A stretch of 27,919 nt of DNA from a virus (taxonomy: Duplodnaviria; Caudoviricetes). The stretch covers positions 1 to 27,919 of IMG/VR virus record IMGVR_UViG_3300031454_000242; one strand, 5' to 3'. Under the pieces are notes generated by a model. The model was not told the DNA's origin. It ran no database searches and saw only the letters and a list, made by a program, of their open reading frames with translations. The translations under genes were made by a program, and so were the position numbers. Below, one piece after another: positions 24,503 to 27,919 of the stretch (position 1 is its first letter; each line of letters begins with the position of its first letter).

Positions 24503-26272
24503 TCACTGCGCGGCAGCGTCGAGCTGGGCGTAGTGGGTGGTGAGGCGGTCGCCGATGACGGCGCACACCTCTTCGTCGCCTGCGGCGAACCGCATGGCGA
24601 GACTGATGACGTTCTGCGCTTCGTCGATGGTGAGCGATCCGAGGACCGCCCCGGTCGACCAGGCGGGCTGCAGGTCGAGACCGATGGCGAGGCCGATGGC
24701 GGCTCGTGTGGCGGTGTCGTCGCCGGGGTCCACGTCATCGGCACAGACCAGGGCGCAGGCGATGGCGGCTGCGTTGACGGCGGCGACACGGCGGGTGGAC
24801 TTGGCCGTGTAGCGCCACGGCCGGCCTCCCCGCTTCCCTTCGGCCTCCCAGCCCTTGAGGATCGTTTTCTGTTCGGCGGTCATGGCGGCAACCGAGGCCC
24901 GCAGGTCGGTGTCTTGGGTTTTGGTGGCTTTGGCGCTGTCGTCGTCGATCGGGCGCAGGGTCGGGTTGGAAGCGATCTCGGCGTCGATCTCGGCGGTGCG
25001 GGCCGCCATCGCCTCGGAGAGCTTTTCGTCGGGGGATGGCTTCGTCGGGTCAGGCGGCGGGAACCCGATGCCGTCCAGGACCTCGACCTGGCAGAGCAGG
25101 GCATCGAGGACGTCGATGTCGGCGTCAGCCCACTGGTCGGAGTGGGCCGGCTTGGCTACGGCGGGAGGCCAGAACTTGGCGATGGCCTCCCGGCCCTTCG
25201 GGTCGCTGCAGTCCCGGATCGCCTTGAGGCGATCCTTGATCCATGCCACCCGCTGCGCAGCGACACCGATGGGCCGGACGGCGGGGGCGGGCGGCGCCGA
25301 GTCTTCGAACACGGGCAGGGTGCGAGCGGCGTAGAGCTTCGGTTTCGATCCCTCCCGCCACGGCTTCCATTCGGCGAACACCGCGCCGTCGTGGCGGGCG
25401 TTGCGGGCCCCGCCCAACGTCTCGACGATCGCTGTGGTCGCCCCGATCTCCTCAGCCTCCGCGGCCTTGCGGGCGGCGATGGCGGTCACGTAGCGGCGCA
25501 CCATCGCCTCCTCAACATCGACGCCTGCCTCGTCATCGACGAGCCCGTACACCTCCTGCTGCGCTTCGAGCGTCTTCGGGTGATCGTCGGGCGCCGGGCA
25601 GTCGTCGGAGTCGAGCCGGTGCAAGAAGGTGTCGGCAGCGTCGATGAGCTCGGCGACGTGGGTCGGGTCGTAGTCGATGACGTACTCGGCGTGCTCGAAC
25701 CATGGGAACTCGACAGCGACGTGGCAGCGCGACGCCCCGGCGCAGTGCATCTGCCACATGACCTGGTCCCGGTAGCCGGCAGGGATGGCATCGGTGCCGG
25801 GCTGGCCCCACTGTTCGGGCTTGCGGGTCGTCTTGATCTCAAGGAGGTCGAAGCAGTCGTGTTCGGGCTTGGCGATGAGTCGGTCGGGGGCGGCGCAGTG
25901 TCGGTCGTTGCCGGCGGCCACAAAGGTGCCGCAGGGCCGGACGGTCCAGTCGGGGTGGCGGTCGCGAAACCATGAGGCGATGCCGGGTTCGTGGTAGATC
26001 CCGGCGGCCTTCACGTCGTCGATGCCGTCGGGCTCGACGTGGCCCTTCATGACTCGGTACAGCCGGTACGGGGAGTCCCATGGGCTGCGGCCGACGATGG
26101 CGGCGATCTTCGATGCGGAGACGGTGCGGTACCAAGCGTCGGAGCCGGGTTCGGTGAGCGGGATCTCGGTGCCGGCGGGGAGGCCGTGGTCGGTGCGGGC
26201 CGGCGGTTCGACAGGGACCCGGCTGTTGGTGACCGGCGGAGCGAGGAAGGCGTCTACGTCGGTGGCGGTCAC
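24503..26272 (-). CDS. YqaJ/lambda-exonuclease-like recombination nuclease with a long C-terminal extension
   Basis: PGSDAW...SASKIAAIVGRSPW, APD, LLEIKT, Y..QV.WQM motifs; start re-called at GTG 26272 (GTGA overlap). Confidence 0.88.
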   Translation of the reverse strand: MTATDVDAFLAPPVTNSRVPVEPPARTDHGLPAGTEIPLTEPGSDAWYRTVSASKIAAIVGRSPWDSPYRLYRVMKGHVEPDGIDDVKAAGIYHEPGIASWFRDRHPDWTVRPCGTFVAAGNDRHCAAPDRLIAKPEHDCFDLLEIKTTRKPEQWGQPGTDAIPAGYRDQVMWQMHCAGASRCHVAVEFPWFEHAEYVIDYDPTHVAELIDAADTFLHRLDSDDCPAPDDHPKTLEAQQEVYGLVDDEAGVDVEEAMVRRYVTAIAARKAAEAEEIGATTAIVETLGGARNARHDGAVFAEWKPWREGSKPKLYAARTLPVFEDSAPPAPAVRPIGVAAQRVAWIKDRLKAIRDCSDPKGREAIAKFWPPAVAKPAHSDQWADADIDVLDALLCQVEVLDGIGFPPPDPTKPSPDEKLSEAMAARTAEIDAEIASNPTLRPIDDDSAKATKTQDTDLRASVAAMTAEQKTILKGWEAEGKRGGRPWRYTAKSTRRVAAVNAAAIACALVCADDVDPGDDTATRAAIGLAIGLDLQPAWSTGAVLGSLTIDEAQNVISLAMRFAAGDEEVCAVIGDRLTTHYAQLDAAAQ

Positions 26273-26472
26273 TGGGAGTGGTCTTTCACGCATCGGCCGT
26301 CGGGGGTGACGGTCCATACGTCGTCGGGTCGCCCGGCGGGCCATGCGCAGCCGGGCCAGAGCGCCCAGTGGTTGCCGGTGCGGGCTAGCGGGACGGCTTC
26401 GTCGTAGTTGACGGCGCAGCGGATCGCGGCGGCGAGGACGTGCTCGGGCGGGGCGTCGGTGGCGACGATCAT
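26269..26472 (-). CDS. Hypothetical protein, 67 aa
   Basis: MIVATDAPPEHVL...; ATGA/GTGA coupling on both sides. Confidence 0.65.
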   Translation of the reverse strand: MIVATDAPPEHVLAAAIRCAVNYDEAVPLARTGNHWALWPGCAWPAGRPDDVWTVTPDGRCVKDHSQ

Positions 26473-26795
26473 CGGACCACGTCCATGGCCCGCAGGTGGG
26501 TGACGACGAGGCATTGGGTGGCGGTCGACGGTGGCTTCTCGCCGATGATGGCTGCGACCTTCGTCCAGCCGTCTGGGTCGAGTTGGGTTTGGGCGAGGAC
26601 GGCGATCTGGTGGCAGGTGAGCCCGGCGGCGGTCCCTGGTCCGACACGGGCGGTGAGGGCGTCGGCGATGCGGCGGGCTTTGTCGGCCCGGTTGGCTTGG
26701 TGGCGGTCGGAGATCCGGTCGGCCTGGTCTTCTGCGTGGCGGTCGGCGTGGTCGAGGTGGTGGTCGAACCCGGGCGGGTCCTCGGTGACGGTCAT
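26469..26795 (-). CDS. Hypothetical protein, first gene of the leftward early operon
   Basis: Strong AGGAGG RBS; downstream of the leftward promoter. Confidence 0.72.
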   Translation of the reverse strand: MTVTEDPPGFDHHLDHADRHAEDQADRISDRHQANRADKARRIADALTARVGPGTAAGLTCHQIAVLAQTQLDPDGWTKVAAIIGEKPPSTATQCLVVTHLRAMDVVR

Positions 26796-26830
26796 GGGTG
26801 CCTCCTGGCGGGATGGATGCGATGCCGACC

Positions 26831-26965
26831 ACCATAGCGAACTTCAGCGAAGATGCAAGGAAGTTCTCCCAGATGGCCCCAGCGAACCCTCATCCGCTGG
26901 TGGAGCCGACGACAGTGCTGCAACTACAAGCCTGTAACTACGGCCAACTTCGCTAGGGTTCGCTG
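26831..26965. promoter_or_regulatory. Divergent promoters and putative repressor operators (YAGCGAA repeats)
   Basis: Leftward TTGCAT-16 nt-TATGGT (26831-26858); rightward -10 TAGGGT (26954-26959); five YAGCGAA half-sites. Confidence 0.65.
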
Positions 26966-27010
26966 ACCGTCGTTGGATTTCTCTGGATTCCTGGTGAAGG
27001 GTGCGGCCCT

Positions 27011-27442
27011 ATGACCACCGATGAGGCACGACACCGGGTCGCCGCGTACTTCAGGGCGCGACTGGAAGCCTCCGGGTTGCGTCCAACGACCTTCGCCAAG
27101 AGGTGGGGGACCAACGAGAAGACCTTGGCCAAGATCCTCAACGGTCTGCCGATCCGCGGCGACGCGATGGACAACATCATCTCCGCCCGCGAGTGGCCAC
27201 CAGATGCCTTCGAGCGGCTGGCTCGTGGCCAGAATCCGGAGACCGATCACGCGAACATCGAGGCCCGCGTCGCTGCCATCGAGGCCCACTTGGGACTCGA
27301 CAACGTCACCCCCATCCGCCGTCGCCCCACCGAGGATCTCGACGCGGTCGCCGCTCAGGGCGACGCGTCGAAGCGGTTCGAGGCCCGCAAGTCTCCGCGC
27401 AAGCGGCGCCCGTCGCCGCCCGTCGAGAACGACCAGCCGTGA
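27011..27442 (+). CDS. Immunity repressor (XRE-like HTH)
   Basis: FRARLEASGLRPTTFAKRWGTNEKTLAKILNG HTH; divergent from the lytic operon; upstream of an ImmA-like gene. Confidence 0.75.
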   Translation: MTTDEARHRVAAYFRARLEASGLRPTTFAKRWGTNEKTLAKILNGLPIRGDAMDNIISAREWPPDAFERLARGQNPETDHANIEARVAAIEAHLGLDNVTPIRRRPTEDLDAVAAQGDASKRFEARKSPRKRRPSPPVENDQP

Positions 27443-27475
27443 GGTCCACGATGTCAGACCCCCTCCGTACCGTTT

Positions 27476-27919
27476 ATGGCGATGAGGGCGAGGTGGAATC
27501 CGTGGAAGGCGTTGCGGTCGGCGGGTCCGACCGTCGAGCTGGCCTACGCGGAGCTCCCCGACGGGGTAGACGGTCTGAGCTATCCGCTGGCGGCGGACCG
27601 GGCCGGCGTCGAGTTGGACCATGGGCTCGGACGTGTCGAGCGCAACGCCACGTTGGGCCACGAGCTGATCCACGTCGAGTGGCGTCTGTGGTTCCCCCCG
27701 GGCACACCGCCACTGATCGTGGCCAAGGGCGAGGAGCGAGTGGACCGGGAGCTGATCCGGCGTCTGGTCCCGATGCCGGAGCTGGCGTTGTTCGTGGCGA
27801 TGCGCGCCGAGTTCGGCGCGGTCAACGCGACGATGGTCGCCGACGAGTTCGAGGTGCCGCACGGTCTCGCCCACCGGGCCTGTTGGCTGCTCAGCCAGCA
27901 GTACGGGGTGCTCTCCTAG
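27476..27919 (+). CDS. ImmA/IrrE-family metallopeptidase (anti-repressor protease)
   Basis: L..VERNATLGHELIH (HExxH), downstream EE..D, and a C-terminal HTH-like segment (VADEFEV). Confidence 0.85.
   Translation: MAMRARWNPWKALRSAGPTVELAYAELPDGVDGLSYPLAADRAGVELDHGLGRVERNATLGHELIHVEWRLWFPPGTPPLIVAKGEERVDRELIRRLVPMPELALFVAMRAEFGAVNATMVADEFEVPHGLAHRACWLLSQQYGVLS

Noticed and set aside
7780-27747. Single-spacer 9-mer matches elsewhere in the window (e.g. AGCGACCCC near 7780, TGATCTGCT near 7853 and 9442, CCGAAGTCG near 10245, AGTGGACCG near 27739)
   Set aside because: The adjacent 9 bp do not match the partner spacer; isolated 9-mers are expected by chance in 28 kb.
26924-27874. 316-aa minus-strand ORF across the immunity region
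   Set aside because: Antisense to the repressor and the HExxH peptidase, both of which have clear motifs.

Overview
High-GC, actinobacterial-type temperate siphophage/prophage segment, almost all on the minus strand. From right to left it contains: an immunity region (HTH repressor plus ImmA/IrrE-like HExxH peptidase, on +); early recombination/replication genes (YqaJ-like exonuclease, putative SSB, Prim-Pol/helicase with an origin-like element at its 3' end); WhiB and LmbU-like regulators; terminase and portal; scaffold, decoration and major capsid proteins; an atypical tRNA-Met(CAT); head-tail connectors; major tail protein; tail chaperones with a -1 frameshift; and a tape-measure gene running off the left edge. 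The standout is a candidate RNA-guided TIGR-Tas-like system in the early operon. It consists of a nuclease-less Nop/IS110-like protein (TasA-like, 22127-23305) and seven tandem stem-loop units at 22869-23287, each reading stem-CCA-N9-CGNNNCCCM-N9-CG-stem on the minus strand. The array lies inside the protein's own open reading frame, and an eighth unit sits in-frame inside the upstream gene (23524-23577). Also notable: a late-promoter-like motif found five times (CTGCATCC-N23-hexamer, mostly SACNNT), a putative ADP-ribosyltransferase between portal and scaffold, and a leaderless three-gene cassette between terminase and portal. All calls come from reading motifs by eye; no searches were run.
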